64,000 nt of DNA from an uncultured Chloroflexia bacterium (GTDB taxonomy: Bacteria; Chloroflexota; Chloroflexia; Thermomicrobiales; UBA6265). The stretch spans positions 768,001 through 832,000 of the forward strand of contig CAVRUC010000007.1 of assembly GCA_963724295.1 (NCBI GenBank). The letters run 5' to 3'. A program made the translations under genes and the position numbers. Under the pieces are notes generated by a model. It saw only the letters and a list, made by a program, of their open reading frames with translations, did no database searches and had not been told where the DNA came from. This document shows, in pieces, positions 20,786-30,403 of the stretch (position 1 is the stretch's first letter; every line of letters begins with the position of its first letter).

Positions 20786-21682
20786 CTATGCCTCGGCGAT
20801 TTCGGCCTTCCGCCAGCGATCCACCAATCGCCGGTAGGAGGATTTCAGCCGATCGAGCCGGCGGTTCTCCTTGGAGATGCGCTGCTCGATGCGGACTCGC
20901 AAATCCGCAAAGACCGGCTCGCCCGATTCATACCGCGTGTAGAGCCGGAACAGCTCGCCGCCACGGAGCCGCGCCATCGCCAGGCGCGCCTCCTCCAGGG
21001 CCACACCCAGCCGGCGCAACTCTTCTTCCGCCCAGGCCAGCCGGTCGGTCACCGGCCGCTCGGCCCAGCCGGGATCCTCGGCGATCGACTCCAGATGCAC
21101 AGCCCGGAGCCCGGCCAGATCGCGTAGGCGGAACGCTTCATTGACACGCTGCATGATGCGTTCTCGCCGCTGCCGCTCCTCGTCATCGCGGGCCAGATCG
21201 GGATGCAGTCGCTTCGCCAGGTCGATGTACAGCCGTTTGGCTTCGACTGCCTCGGTCGCCAACCAGCGTCGCGCGGCCGCGGGAACGTGGGGTCCGCGCG
21301 GTGTGCCGCGGGCGCCGGGAGCGCCAAATGGTCCACCACTGAGGAGGTCGCCGTCGTCTTCCAGATCGAGGCCATCGAGATCGAGCTCGTCCAGATCCCG
21401 GGTGTCGAGCGCCGCTCGCAGCCGCGCTACGCGATGGCTGAAGTCGGCGGTCGCACCTTCCAGACGTCGCAGCTCGGCGAACAGCTCGCCGAGGCGGGCC
21501 TGGGCCAGCGCCTCGAATCCGGTGACCGCGTCCCGCAGTGCGACGAGGTCACGCTCGAGGTGGGCCAGATCGCGACGTCGCTCCCCAATCGTGATCAGAT
21601 GCCGTTGGTATTGCTGCTCGGCGGGTGGCAGCGCGCGGACGACTTCGGTCCGCCCATTCCTGCCGCCAGGAGATTTCTCCAC
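20786..21682 (-). CDS. coiled-coil protein with internal J-domain-like HPD motif
   Basis: KRLYIDLAKRLHPDL...MQRVNEAF; GTG start after GAGAGGA. Confidence 0.75.
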   Translation of the reverse strand: MEKSPGGRNGRTEVVRALPPAEQQYQRHLITIGERRRDLAHLERDLVALRDAVTGFEALAQARLGELFAELRRLEGATADFSHRVARLRAALDTRDLDELDLDGLDLEDDGDLLSGGPFGAPGARGTPRGPHVPAAARRWLATEAVEAKRLYIDLAKRLHPDLARDDEERQRRERIMQRVNEAFRLRDLAGLRAVHLESIAEDPGWAERPVTDRLAWAEEELRRLGVALEEARLAMARLRGGELFRLYTRYESGEPVFADLRVRIEQRISKENRRLDRLKSSYRRLVDRWRKAEIAEA

Positions 21683-21870
21683 CCTGTTCCTCTCAACCCT
21701 CTGCGTCTGGCTCTCAGGGCAACTGACGTGCGGCCCCGAGAGCAACCACCAACCGTACCATCTCGACGAGCTATTCCGCCGTCTGTGACCTGGAAACGGG
21801 TATAGTTCGCGCCATCTGTCTCGGTCTGAAGTAGGCGCCTGCCGGTCTGACCGGCGATGCGGGAGTGGGT

Positions 21871-23115
21871 ATGGCGGTCGATCTGAACATGGACGAGGGG
21901 GTCGCGGCCGTCGTGGGTGCGCCCGCCGCGGTGCCGGATGCGCGCGGCCGATTCGGGCAATTCGGTGGCAAATATGCACCGGAAACCCTGATGCCGGCGC
22001 TTGACGAGCTGGAATCCGCCTACGATGAGGCTCGCCGCGATCCCAAGTTTCAGGACGTCGTCGACCGTCTCGCGCGGGATTACGTTGGCCGCCCGACGCC
22101 CCTCTACTTCGCGCGGAATCTGACCGATCTCGGTGGCGGAGCCAGGATCTACCTCAAGCGGGAAGATCTCGCGCACACCGGCGCGCACAAGATCAACAAC
22201 GCCCTCGGCCAGGGTCTCCTCGCCAAGCGCATGGGCAAGCAACGCATCATCGCCGAAACCGGCGCTGGCCAACACGGCGTGGCGACGGCGACCGTCTGCG
22301 CCCTGCTCGGTCTCGAGTGCATCGTCTACATGGGTGAGGTCGACATCGCGCGGCAATCGCCGAACGTCTTCCGCATGAAGCTCCTGGGCGCGGAAGTCCG
22401 TCCCGTCCGATCCGGCTCGCGGACACTCAAGGACGCGACCAACGAGGCGATCCGCGACTGGGTCGCCAACGTCGAGAACACCTTCTATATCATCGGCTCC
22501 GTCGTCGGCATGCACCCGTACCCAATGATGGTCCGCAATTTCCAATCGGTCATCGGGCGGGAAGCGCGTGCCCAGATGCTCGACGCGATCGGCGCGCTGC
22601 CGGACGCCGTCGTCGCCTGCGTCGGTGGCGGCTCGAACGCGATGGGCATCTTCTATCCGTTCATCCAGGATCGTGAGGTCGAGCTGGTCGGGGTCGAGGC
22701 CGCCGGGCACGGCATCGAAAGCGGCAGCCACGCGGCATCGCTTTGCGCGGGCACCATCGGCGTCCTGCACGGATCGCGCACCTATGTCCTGCAGGACGAA
22801 TTCGGCCAGGTGCAGGAGGCGCACTCCATCTCGGCCGGTCTCGACTATCCCGGTGTCGGACCTGAGCTCTCGTACCTCAAGGAAACCGGCCGCGCGACGT
22901 TCGTCGGCGTCACCGACGCTGAAGCGCTGGAAGCGTTCCAGACCCTCTGCCGCAGCGAAGGAATCATTCCCGCCCTCGAGTCGTCGCACACCATCGCCCA
23001 CGCGCTCCCGCTGGCGCGGCGTCTGGGACCGGATCGGACGCTGCTGGTCAGTCTCTCGGGACGTGGCGACAAGGATCTGCAAACCGCGGCCGACGCGCTC
23101 GGGATGTCGCTGTGA
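21871..23115 (+). CDS. trpB: tryptophan synthase beta chain
   Basis: [58 protein letters not shown]. Confidence 0.97.
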   Translation: MAVDLNMDEGVAAVVGAPAAVPDARGRFGQFGGKYAPETLMPALDELESAYDEARRDPKFQDVVDRLARDYVGRPTPLYFARNLTDLGGGARIYLKREDLAHTGAHKINNALGQGLLAKRMGKQRIIAETGAGQHGVATATVCALLGLECIVYMGEVDIARQSPNVFRMKLLGAEVRPVRSGSRTLKDATNEAIRDWVANVENTFYIIGSVVGMHPYPMMVRNFQSVIGREARAQMLDAIGALPDAVVACVGGGSNAMGIFYPFIQDREVELVGVEAAGHGIESGSHAASLCAGTIGVLHGSRTYVLQDEFGQVQEAHSISAGLDYPGVGPELSYLKETGRATFVGVTDAEALEAFQTLCRSEGIIPALESSHTIAHALPLARRLGPDRTLLVSLSGRGDKDLQTAADALGMSL

Positions 23116-24488
23116 CGGCAACAGAATCGCCGCCAGTGGCCGGGAACACCTCGTCGACAACGCCGAGCCGCGTCGCGAACGCCTTCGCTCGCGCCCGCGC
23201 CGAGGGCCGCACCGCGATCATGCCCTTCGTCACCGCCGGTTATCCAACACCGGAGCGATCGGAGGAGTGGGCACTGGCTATCGTCCGTGGTGGCGCGGAT
23301 CTGATCGAGATCGGTGTCCCGTTCTCTGATCCGCTTGCCGACGGCGCGACTGTCCAGCGCACCAGTCAGGTGGCGTTGCGGCACGGCGTGACCCTGGCCG
23401 ATGCGGTGGCGATGACGCGGCGGCTGCGCGAGCAACACGATGTGTCGATCCCGATCCTGCTCATGGGGTATTTCAACCCGATGCTGCAATACGGCTTGGA
23501 AGACCTCGCCAGGGACAGCGCGGCCGCCGGCGTCGACGGGTACATCGTGCCGGATCTCCCCGCCGAAGAGAGCGATGAACTGCTGGCCGCGTGTCGCCGG
23601 CATGGGCTCGACCTGGTGTTCCTCCTGGCGCCCACCTCGACCGATGAGCGCATCGCCGCCGTCGCCGAGCGCGCCAGCGGGTTCATCTACTGCGTCTCGC
23701 TGATCGGGGTCACCGGGCAACGAGCGGCACTGCCCGACTTTCGCCAGTATCTGGCGCGCGTCCGCGCCCGCACCGATGTGCCGCTGGCGGTCGGGTTCGG
23801 CGTGTCGACCCCGGAGCATGTGCGCGACATCGGCGAGGTCGCGGACGGCGCCGTCGTGGCGTCGGCGTTGATCAACTTCCTGGACACCGTCCCGGACGCC
23901 GACCAGCGCGTTGCGGCGGAGCAGTTCGTGCGCGGGTTGCGCGGCGAGGCGCCGTTCCCACCCCAGGTCTCCGTTCAAGGCGCGACCTCAGCCACGACTG
24001 AAGCGGATGGACATGACCCCCAGGGAGATTCCGTGCCTGAGCCAGCAATGACCGGCCACCGTTACGTCGCCTGTCGCGGGATACGCGGCGCGACGACGGT
24101 CGAGACCAACACCTCCGAGGATATCCTCGAGGCGACGACTGACCTGCTCGATGCCATCATCCGCCTCAACGATATCGACTCGGAGGACGTGGTCAGCGCC
24201 ATTTTCACGACCACGCCGGAGATCACCGCCTCCTTCCCCGCCATGGCGGCGCGAGAGTTGGGCTGGACCGACGTTCCGCTCCTGTGCGCTCATGAGATGG
24301 CCGTGCCGGGGGCCCTACGCGGCGTCGTGCGCATCTTGCTCCATATCAATACAACGCGCACGCCATCCGAGATTCGCCATGTCTACCTGCGTGAGGCAGG
24401 AGCGCTGCGCCCTGAATGGGCCTACGACGACGCGCGGCTCGCGCAGATTCTTGGCCGTATGACGACGGCCCCCGAAACGACGGCATAG
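23112..24488 (+). CDS. trpA: tryptophan synthase alpha chain fused to AroH-class chorismate mutase
   Basis: Trp[31 protein letters not shown]. After a linker, Aro[50 protein letters not shown]. One uninterrupted 458-aa ORF. Confidence 0.9.
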   Translation: MTATESPPVAGNTSSTTPSRVANAFARARAEGRTAIMPFVTAGYPTPERSEEWALAIVRGGADLIEIGVPFSDPLADGATVQRTSQVALRHGVTLADAVAMTRRLREQHDVSIPILLMGYFNPMLQYGLEDLARDSAAAGVDGYIVPDLPAEESDELLAACRRHGLDLVFLLAPTSTDERIAAVAERASGFIYCVSLIGVTGQRAALPDFRQYLARVRARTDVPLAVGFGVSTPEHVRDIGEVADGAVVASALINFLDTVPDADQRVAAEQFVRGLRGEAPFPPQVSVQGATSATTEADGHDPQGDSVPEPAMTGHRYVACRGIRGATTVETNTSEDILEATTDLLDAIIRLNDIDSEDVVSAIFTTTPEITASFPAMAARELGWTDVPLLCAHEMAVPGALRGVVRILLHINTTRTPSEIRHVYLREAGALRPEWAYDDARLAQILGRMTTAPETTA

Positions 24489-24533
24489 ACCCGCGCGACC
24501 GGTTGCACCGCAAGGCCGGTCAGGAGGAGACCA

Positions 24534-25583
24534 ATGATCATCGTCATGGAGACAAACGCCACCAGGGAGCAAGTCAACGGCATCGTGGCGCGGGTCAAGG
24601 CGCTTGGCCTCGGGGCACACCTGTCCGAGGGGGAGGAGCGCACCATCATCGGCGTCGTCGGCTCGCCGCTGCCGCCGTCGCTCGACGACGAGCTCGAGAT
24701 CCACTCGGGGGTCGAGCGCGTGGTGCGCATCACCAAGAAGTACAAGCTCACCGGCTGGGACTTTCATCCGCAGAAGACGACTATCGCGGTCCGCGACGTC
24801 GTCATCGGCGGCGACGCGGTGACGATCATCGCCGGTCCCTGCTCGGTCGAGAGTGAAGAGCAGACCGTCAGCACGGCACGAGCGATCAAGGCCGCCGGTG
24901 CATCGATCCTGCGCGGCGGGGCCTACAAGCCGCGTACCTCTCCCTACGAGTTTCGCGGGCTGGGACGCCGCGGGCTCGAGATCCTCGCTACGGCGCGCGA
25001 GGAGACCGGCATGCCAATCATTACCGAGGTCATGACCCCGAGCGATATCGACGAGGTCGGCGCATTTACCGACATCTTTCAGATCGGCGCCCGCAACGCC
25101 CAGAACTACCTGCTGCTGGAAGAGGTTGGCAAGGCGGGCAAACCGGTCATGCTCAAGCGGGGCTTGTCGATGCTGATGGAGGAGTGGCTGCTCGCCGCGG
25201 AATACGTCATGGCCCAGGGCAACCCGGACGTGATCCTCTGCGAGCGAGGTATCCGCACCTTCGAGTCGTCGACCCGCAACACGCTCGATGTCAGCTCCGT
25301 GCCCGTCATTCAGGGCATGAGCCACCTACCCGTCTTCATCGATCCCAGCCACGCCGCGGGCAAGCGAGCACTCGTTCCAGCCCTCGCCCTGGCCGGCATC
25401 GCCGCCGGCGCCGACGGGCTGATGATCGAGGTCCATCCCAGTCCGGATCAGGCACTCTCCGACGGCGCGCAGTCGCTGACGTTCGACCAGTTCGACGAGC
25501 TGGCCCCTCGCATCGCCGCGGTCGCCCAAGCGGTTGGGCGGAGCTTGCCGGTGGCGGCAGGAATGGCGGCGGTTACCGCCTGA
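24534..25583 (+). CDS. aroF: DAHP synthase (class I-beta, N-terminal regulatory domain)
   Basis: [44 protein letters not shown]. Confidence 0.93.
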   Translation: MIIVMETNATREQVNGIVARVKALGLGAHLSEGEERTIIGVVGSPLPPSLDDELEIHSGVERVVRITKKYKLTGWDFHPQKTTIAVRDVVIGGDAVTIIAGPCSVESEEQTVSTARAIKAAGASILRGGAYKPRTSPYEFRGLGRRGLEILATAREETGMPIITEVMTPSDIDEVGAFTDIFQIGARNAQNYLLLEEVGKAGKPVMLKRGLSMLMEEWLLAAEYVMAQGNPDVILCERGIRTFESSTRNTLDVSSVPVIQGMSHLPVFIDPSHAAGKRALVPALALAGIAAGADGLMIEVHPSPDQALSDGAQSLTFDQFDELAPRIAAVAQAVGRSLPVAAGMAAVTA

Positions 25584-25679
25584 GCCACTCGCGCGGCGAA
25601 CGACGAGGTTATGCAATCTTCTTATGTGCAGCGGATTCCGCTGCAACCCTCATTCTCGAAGAATTACTGATCGTAGGGG

Positions 25680-25708
25680 TTGACTCTTCCAGGTTCAGGT
25701 GATACAAC
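25680..25708 (+). promoter_or_regulatory. putative sigma70 promoter
   Basis: TTGACT-N17-TACAAC with TG at the extended -10 position. Confidence 0.45.
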
Positions 25709-25793
25709 CTTTCAGTGCGGTCTGGGATCGCCCAGGCAGCATGAGATGGACGCGGGATTCGCGGTCCGGGTCATCGTAGGAAGGAGACAGCCG

Positions 25794-25865
25794 GTGAATA
25801 TGCCTCACGCACGTCTGGCTGTGTCTATCACTCGATGCCCGGGGGTTTGCCGTATCGTCGGCTGA
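25794..25865 (+). CDS. putative attenuator leader peptide (MNMPHARLAVSITRCPGVCRIVG)
   Basis: SD AGGAAGGAG; stops 24 nt before a terminator; contains a sequence complementary to the terminator arm. Confidence 0.45.
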   Translation: MNMPHARLAVSITRCPGVCRIVG

Positions 25866-25889
25866 CCTTCACGCTGCGCGATCCGCGCG

Positions 25890-25923
25890 CCCCGGGCCTC
25901 CTGGAGGTCCGGGGTTTTTGTTT
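25890..25923 (+). terminator. intrinsic terminator (attenuator-like)
   Basis: CCCCGGGCCTC-CTG-GAGGTCCGGGG followed by TTTTTGTTT. Confidence 0.8.
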
Positions 25924-26172
25924 GCCCGGCGAAGTCGGTCACCCTGTCCGGGAGGGCGACGCGGCAACGCGGGATGAGTCGGAGGGCAACTCAATGCATG
26001 AACATCACCAACTGAAAAGCCCTGATCGGGCCGGGTTCAGTGCCGTAATGGCAACGACCAATGGCCGTGGGACTCAGACCGCGGCGCAGACGTCGACTGG
26101 CTCGCCAGAGAGCGAGCCCCCGCAATCCATTGCCGACAGATGGGGATCACCCCAGGGGAGACATCGACCGCC

Positions 26173-26427
26173 ATGTTCGGAACAGATATCATCCTGAAGC
26201 ATCAGATATCGGAAGCGCACTTCCGTGATCTGCTCGCCGAAGCCGAGCGCGAGCGTTCGGCATCCATCGCCCTCGATGCGCGGCCGCGAGGGCGACGAGC
26301 CGGCCTTTCGGAGGCACGAGCGACAGTAGCCACACTGCTCCTTCGCGCGGGCTCCTGGCTGATGCCGGAGGAAACGCCGGAAGCCTGCAATAGTCCGGTC
26401 GCGTTCGAGCTTCGGCCCGGACAGTGA
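26173..26427 (+). CDS. small hypothetical protein (84 aa)
   Basis: SD GGGGAG; RDLLAEAERER helix; followed by a terminator. Confidence 0.65.
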   Translation: MFGTDIILKHQISEAHFRDLLAEAERERSASIALDARPRGRRAGLSEARATVATLLLRAGSWLMPEETPEACNSPVAFELRPGQ

Positions 26428-26450
26428 TCGCGACGGTAGGCAGCATGATT

Positions 26451-26491
26451 GATGCCCCGGGCGGGCAAACCGCTCGGGGCATCGTCTTGTT
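26451..26491 (+). terminator. intrinsic terminator
   Basis: GATGCCCCGGGCGG-GCAAA-CCGCTCGGGGCATC then GTCTTGTT. Confidence 0.65.
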
Positions 26492-26592
26492 CACCGACGG
26501 CGGTGTGGTATCCTCGATTTGCGTACGTACACCGGCCGCAGCATCGCCCGCTTGCCATGTTTTGATCTTTCCACGTGGGAGAGCGGAGTCGC

Positions 26593-27399
26593 ATGGCTCG
26601 AATCATCGCCTTCTTCAATCAAAAAGGCGGCACCGCCAAGACGACGAGCACGCTCAACGTCGCTGCCGCACTGGCCGAGCGCGGGCGGCGCATCCTCGCC
26701 ATCGACATGGACCCCCAGGCGAGTCTCACCATGGCCACCGGCGTCGATATCGCCGCGCTCGACGCCTCGATCTATGACCTGCTCCTCGACGATCGGCTCG
26801 ATCTGCCATCGCTCGCGGTCCCAACCTCGATCCCAAGAGTTTCACTGGTCCCATCCCATCCCGATCTGGCCGCCGCCGAGCTGGAGCTGCTCAATGTCCT
26901 GGAACGGGAACGCCAGCTCGAACAGCGCCTCGAACGCGGCGATCTCTCCGCCTGGGACTATGTCCTGATCGACGCGCCGCCGGCGCTGAACGTGCTCTCG
27001 ATCAACATCCTCGTCGCCGCCGACGAGCTGGTCATTCCGATCGAACCTCATCCGCTCTCGCTGATGGTGCTGCGCCGCCTGTTCGAGACGGTTTCGCGCG
27101 TGCGCCGGCTGAACCCCGCGTTGCGGGTGCATGGGTTTCTCCCGACGAAGGTGCATCACTCTTCGCGTCTCGCCACCGACATGCTGGCGGCACTGGCTGA
27201 GGAATTTCCCCACTACGCGTTGCTGCCCTCGGTGCCCCTCTCGGTGCGCGGCGCCGAGTCGGCCGCCGAGCGCACCAGCGTCCTTCATTACATGCCGCGA
27301 TCGGCGATTGCCGAGGCATACCGCGATGTCGGATCGTGGCTCGAGGAGCACGATCCGCATGTGGCAGCGACAACAGAGGCGGTGAGCATCCATGTCTAG
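26593..27399 (+). CDS. parA: ParA/Soj family ATPase
   Basis: NQKGGTAKTT deviant Walker A, IDMDPQ, IDAPP. Confidence 0.9.
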   Translation: MARIIAFFNQKGGTAKTTSTLNVAAALAERGRRILAIDMDPQASLTMATGVDIAALDASIYDLLLDDRLDLPSLAVPTSIPRVSLVPSHPDLAAAELELLNVLERERQLEQRLERGDLSAWDYVLIDAPPALNVLSINILVAADELVIPIEPHPLSLMVLRRLFETVSRVRRLNPALRVHGFLPTKVHHSSRLATDMLAALAEEFPHYALLPSVPLSVRGAESAAERTSVLHYMPRSAIAEAYRDVGSWLEEHDPHVAATTEAVSIHV

Positions 27400-28456
27400 C
27401 GTTTCAGCCGTCCCGGAGAGCGGTCAGATGCCGGCCAAAGGTCGCCGCCGGTTCACCGTCGACGCGCTGTTCACCGACCATCGGCCCCAGGCCGTTGGTG
27501 TCGAGGACCTCCCGACCGCCAAGGAGATCCGGCTGGAGCGGATCGAGGCCGATCCCGAGCAACCGCGCCAGACCTTCGATCCCGATCGTCTGGAGGAGTT
27601 GACGGCGAGCATCCGCCGGGAGGGAGTGCTGCAGCCGATCGCCGTACGCTACGACGCCGATCGTGATGTCTACGTTGTGGTCCATGGCGAACGACGCCTG
27701 CGAGCCGCCCGCCAGGCCGGGCTGCCTGCGATTCCGGCGATCGTGCGCGAGGTGCCGCAGGATCGCCGCCTCGTGCAGCAGCTCATGGAGAACATCGTTC
27801 GCGACGACCTCAATGCGGTTGACCGGGCGGCGGCCCTGCGCACATTGAAAACGCAGCTCGGAGATGCGCCCTGGGAAGCAGTCGCCGAGATGGTCGGCAT
27901 CCGGCGCAGCAGGCTCTTCCAGCTCATCGGCACCGAGAAGCTGCCCGATCGAGTCCGCGACGATATCCGCGGAGGCAGGCTGAGCGAGAAGCAGAGTCGA
28001 GCGTTGCAAGGACTTCCGGTAGGACACCAGGAGGCCCTGCACGAGGCCATCATCCGGCATGAGCTTTCCGCGGAAGAGGCGATGCGCACGGCCAGGGCGC
28101 TCAAACGGGCCGGGCTCGCCGATGACATGAAGACCGCCTCGGCGTTCATCGACGCCCTCCGCGCCGAGCAGAACGACGCCGCTGGCGAGGGAGACGCGCT
28201 TTCGCGAGCGGCGGGGCTGTTCGCGGCGATCGAAGCCGCGGCTGCCGGCGATCGAGGATCGGCGGACGCTCTGGCGGCCGCGGCCAGAACAGCGAGGGCG
28301 CCGGCGTTTGACGGCGATCGTCTCCGGGCTGAGGTCCTCGCGCTGGCCAGGACACTCGCCCGCACGCCCGCGGACGAGCTCTTACCGGGGGGCGCGGCCT
28401 ACATGCCCCTCTCCATGCTACGGGGGACGCTTGACGTCTTGCTCCCAGCCGACTAA
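27392..28456 (+). CDS. parB: ParB/Spo0J family partition protein
   Basis: QPRQTF, GVLQPI, GERRLRAA, ENIVRDDL, HTH; overlaps the parA stop. Confidence 0.9.
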   Translation: MSSVSAVPESGQMPAKGRRRFTVDALFTDHRPQAVGVEDLPTAKEIRLERIEADPEQPRQTFDPDRLEELTASIRREGVLQPIAVRYDADRDVYVVVHGERRLRAARQAGLPAIPAIVREVPQDRRLVQQLMENIVRDDLNAVDRAAALRTLKTQLGDAPWEAVAEMVGIRRSRLFQLIGTEKLPDRVRDDIRGGRLSEKQSRALQGLPVGHQEALHEAIIRHELSAEEAMRTARALKRAGLADDMKTASAFIDALRAEQNDAAGEGDALSRAAGLFAAIEAAAAGDRGSADALAAAARTARAPAFDGDRLRAEVLALARTLARTPADELLPGGAAYMPLSMLRGTLDVLLPAD

Positions 28457-28536
28457 TCGAGCTCCGATGCGCTGTTTCCCTTTGCAGGAGGTGTAGGTTG
28501 AAGCGTCCGCGACTCCTCGCGGCGGTCGAGGGTGTC

Positions 28537-29448
28537 ATGACCAGAACGAGGAGCATGCCATCGGTCATCGCGGTCATCGCTCTTTTCGCGATGCTTGCCG
28601 GCTGCGGACCGATGCCGGAGGCGTCACCGACGCCCATCCCTGAAACTCCCCCTCCCGTCGAAGAGAGCGTCGCCACACCGGCTACCCCCGCTGCCACTGA
28701 ATTGACCCTGGGCGAGCTGGCCGAGGGGGTCAATGCCGCATGGCCAGGCGTACGCTCCTACCGGATCACATTCACCGGGTCGACCCTGTCCATACCCACC
28801 GGCCCTGGCACTCCGATCGCGCGGCCGCTGGCAACACCGGCCGCAACGCCCATGGCCTCCCTTGGGGCCACGCCGGTGGCCCGGCAGCGTGAGGCCTTCG
28901 TATCGATTCGCGAAGTGGTCTTGCCGGACCGGCAGCGACAGGACGTGCGCGGCCTTGGCGACGTCGACCACGAAGCGATTGCCATCGGCGACCGGCTGTA
29001 TGTCCGCGGGCCGCTGGTTGAGCAGATCGCGCCAGGAACGCCCGTTGACGTCTGGATCGTCGTCGACCCATCGTCGGTGCCCGAGCGCTCGACGCTCTCG
29101 AGCCTGCTGGGCGGTCTACCCGAAATCCCTGCTGGTCCCCTGGCGTCGCTACCAGAGCGGCTGCTGCCACAGCTCGTCCGCGAGATGGACGTCGTCGAGC
29201 ACGATGGGCGAGAGTGCCGCGTCTTTGGCGCCGCGGACACGGTCCCAGCGACCGGGATGCGAGTCGACTACACCATCGCTATCGACGACCGCGACCTCCC
29301 CTGCTTCATCGAAACCGGCACCGGTGGAGTGACCCAGGGCCGTGCCGACTACAGCGACATCGACGGCTCGTTCACGATCGAACCGCCGCTGGCGGCAACG
29401 CCAGTCAGCGTTCCGCCTGAGCTGGCCACGCCGCTGGCCCACGACTAG
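28537..29448 (+). CDS. lipoprotein
   Basis: Hydrophobic signal with lipobox LAGC; ATP/TPVA Pro-Thr-rich segments. Confidence 0.75.
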   Translation: MTRTRSMPSVIAVIALFAMLAGCGPMPEASPTPIPETPPPVEESVATPATPAATELTLGELAEGVNAAWPGVRSYRITFTGSTLSIPTGPGTPIARPLATPAATPMASLGATPVARQREAFVSIREVVLPDRQRQDVRGLGDVDHEAIAIGDRLYVRGPLVEQIAPGTPVDVWIVVDPSSVPERSTLSSLLGGLPEIPAGPLASLPERLLPQLVREMDVVEHDGRECRVFGAADTVPATGMRVDYTIAIDDRDLPCFIETGTGGVTQGRADYSDIDGSFTIEPPLAATPVSVPPELATPLAHD

Positions 29449-29467
29449 TCGCGGGCCGAATCATCCT

Positions 29468-30373
29468 GTGAGCGAGTGCGCGCGTTCGGGGCCTCTTCCG
29501 GCGCTTCCCGACCCGGCGGCGTTGGGCTTCAGCGGCCACGAAGAGACGGGTTGGGTGCGCTCGACGCGCGGACGCGAGATCCACTTTAGGCTCCTGCGCA
29601 CGCTCGCGGACCTCGCGCAGGCCGAGCGCTTGCAGGAGGAGGTGTTCGGCGTCAGCGAGCGGGATCTCATCCCCGCCAACGAGCTGATCGTCGTGCCGGA
29701 GACCGGCGGCGCGGTGATCGCGGCGTTTCTCCCCGAAGACCCGGATCGCGCCGTGGGCATCCTGGTGGGCTGGGGCGGCTTCGTCGGCCGTCCCCGCATC
29801 GTCTCCGATTTCCTTGCCATCGTTCCCGAGGCACGGAGTCTCGGGCTCGCCACCGAGCTCAAACGGCTACAAGCCGCCATAGCCCTGAGCCGCGGTTTCG
29901 CAGAGATCGTCTGGACCGTCGATCCCCTGCGAGCCGCCAACGCCCGGTTGAATTTCGGCAAACTCGGAGCGATGGCCCACCAGTATGAGACGGATCGCTA
30001 TGGGGCCACGTTCGCGACGACGCTCTACGGTGGCCTACCAACCGACCGCCTGCACATCACCTGGGACATCCTGTCGCCGCGCGTGATCTCACGTCTGCTC
30101 GGACAGGAGGAGACGCTGCAGCCCGCGGAGAACGATGACCGTGCCCCATTTGCGCCGGGGATGAGCGCGGACTCCGCCCTCGTCGCGATCCCCGCCGATA
30201 TCGACGCCCTGCTCGCGGCTCGCCCTGATCAGGCGCTGGCGTGGCGTCTGCGCATCCGGGAGACATTGTGCCAGGCGTTCGGGGAAGGGTTCGCCATCAC
30301 GGGATTCCGTCCAGCGCCCAGCGACGCGGACCCCGCCTATCTCCTCGAGCGGCGACGAGCATCGAACGACTGA
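29468..30373 (+). CDS. GNAT-family acyltransferase (type found with enolase-superfamily racemases)
   Basis: ARSLGLATELKRLQ, WTVDPLRAANARLNFGKLG, GLPTDRL. Confidence 0.8.
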   Translation: MSECARSGPLPALPDPAALGFSGHEETGWVRSTRGREIHFRLLRTLADLAQAERLQEEVFGVSERDLIPANELIVVPETGGAVIAAFLPEDPDRAVGILVGWGGFVGRPRIVSDFLAIVPEARSLGLATELKRLQAAIALSRGFAEIVWTVDPLRAANARLNFGKLGAMAHQYETDRYGATFATTLYGGLPTDRLHITWDILSPRVISRLLGQEETLQPAENDDRAPFAPGMSADSALVAIPADIDALLAARPDQALAWRLRIRETLCQAFGEGFAITGFRPAPSDADPAYLLERRRASND

Positions 30374-30403
30374 CCTCCCCGCTCGTGGCTTGCGTGTGAG
30401 ACG

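Noticed and set aside
26593..28456. Plasmid origin inferred from parAB
   Set aside because: Embedded among core chromosomal genes (trp, sucCD, thrS, tRNA); no rep gene or iterons
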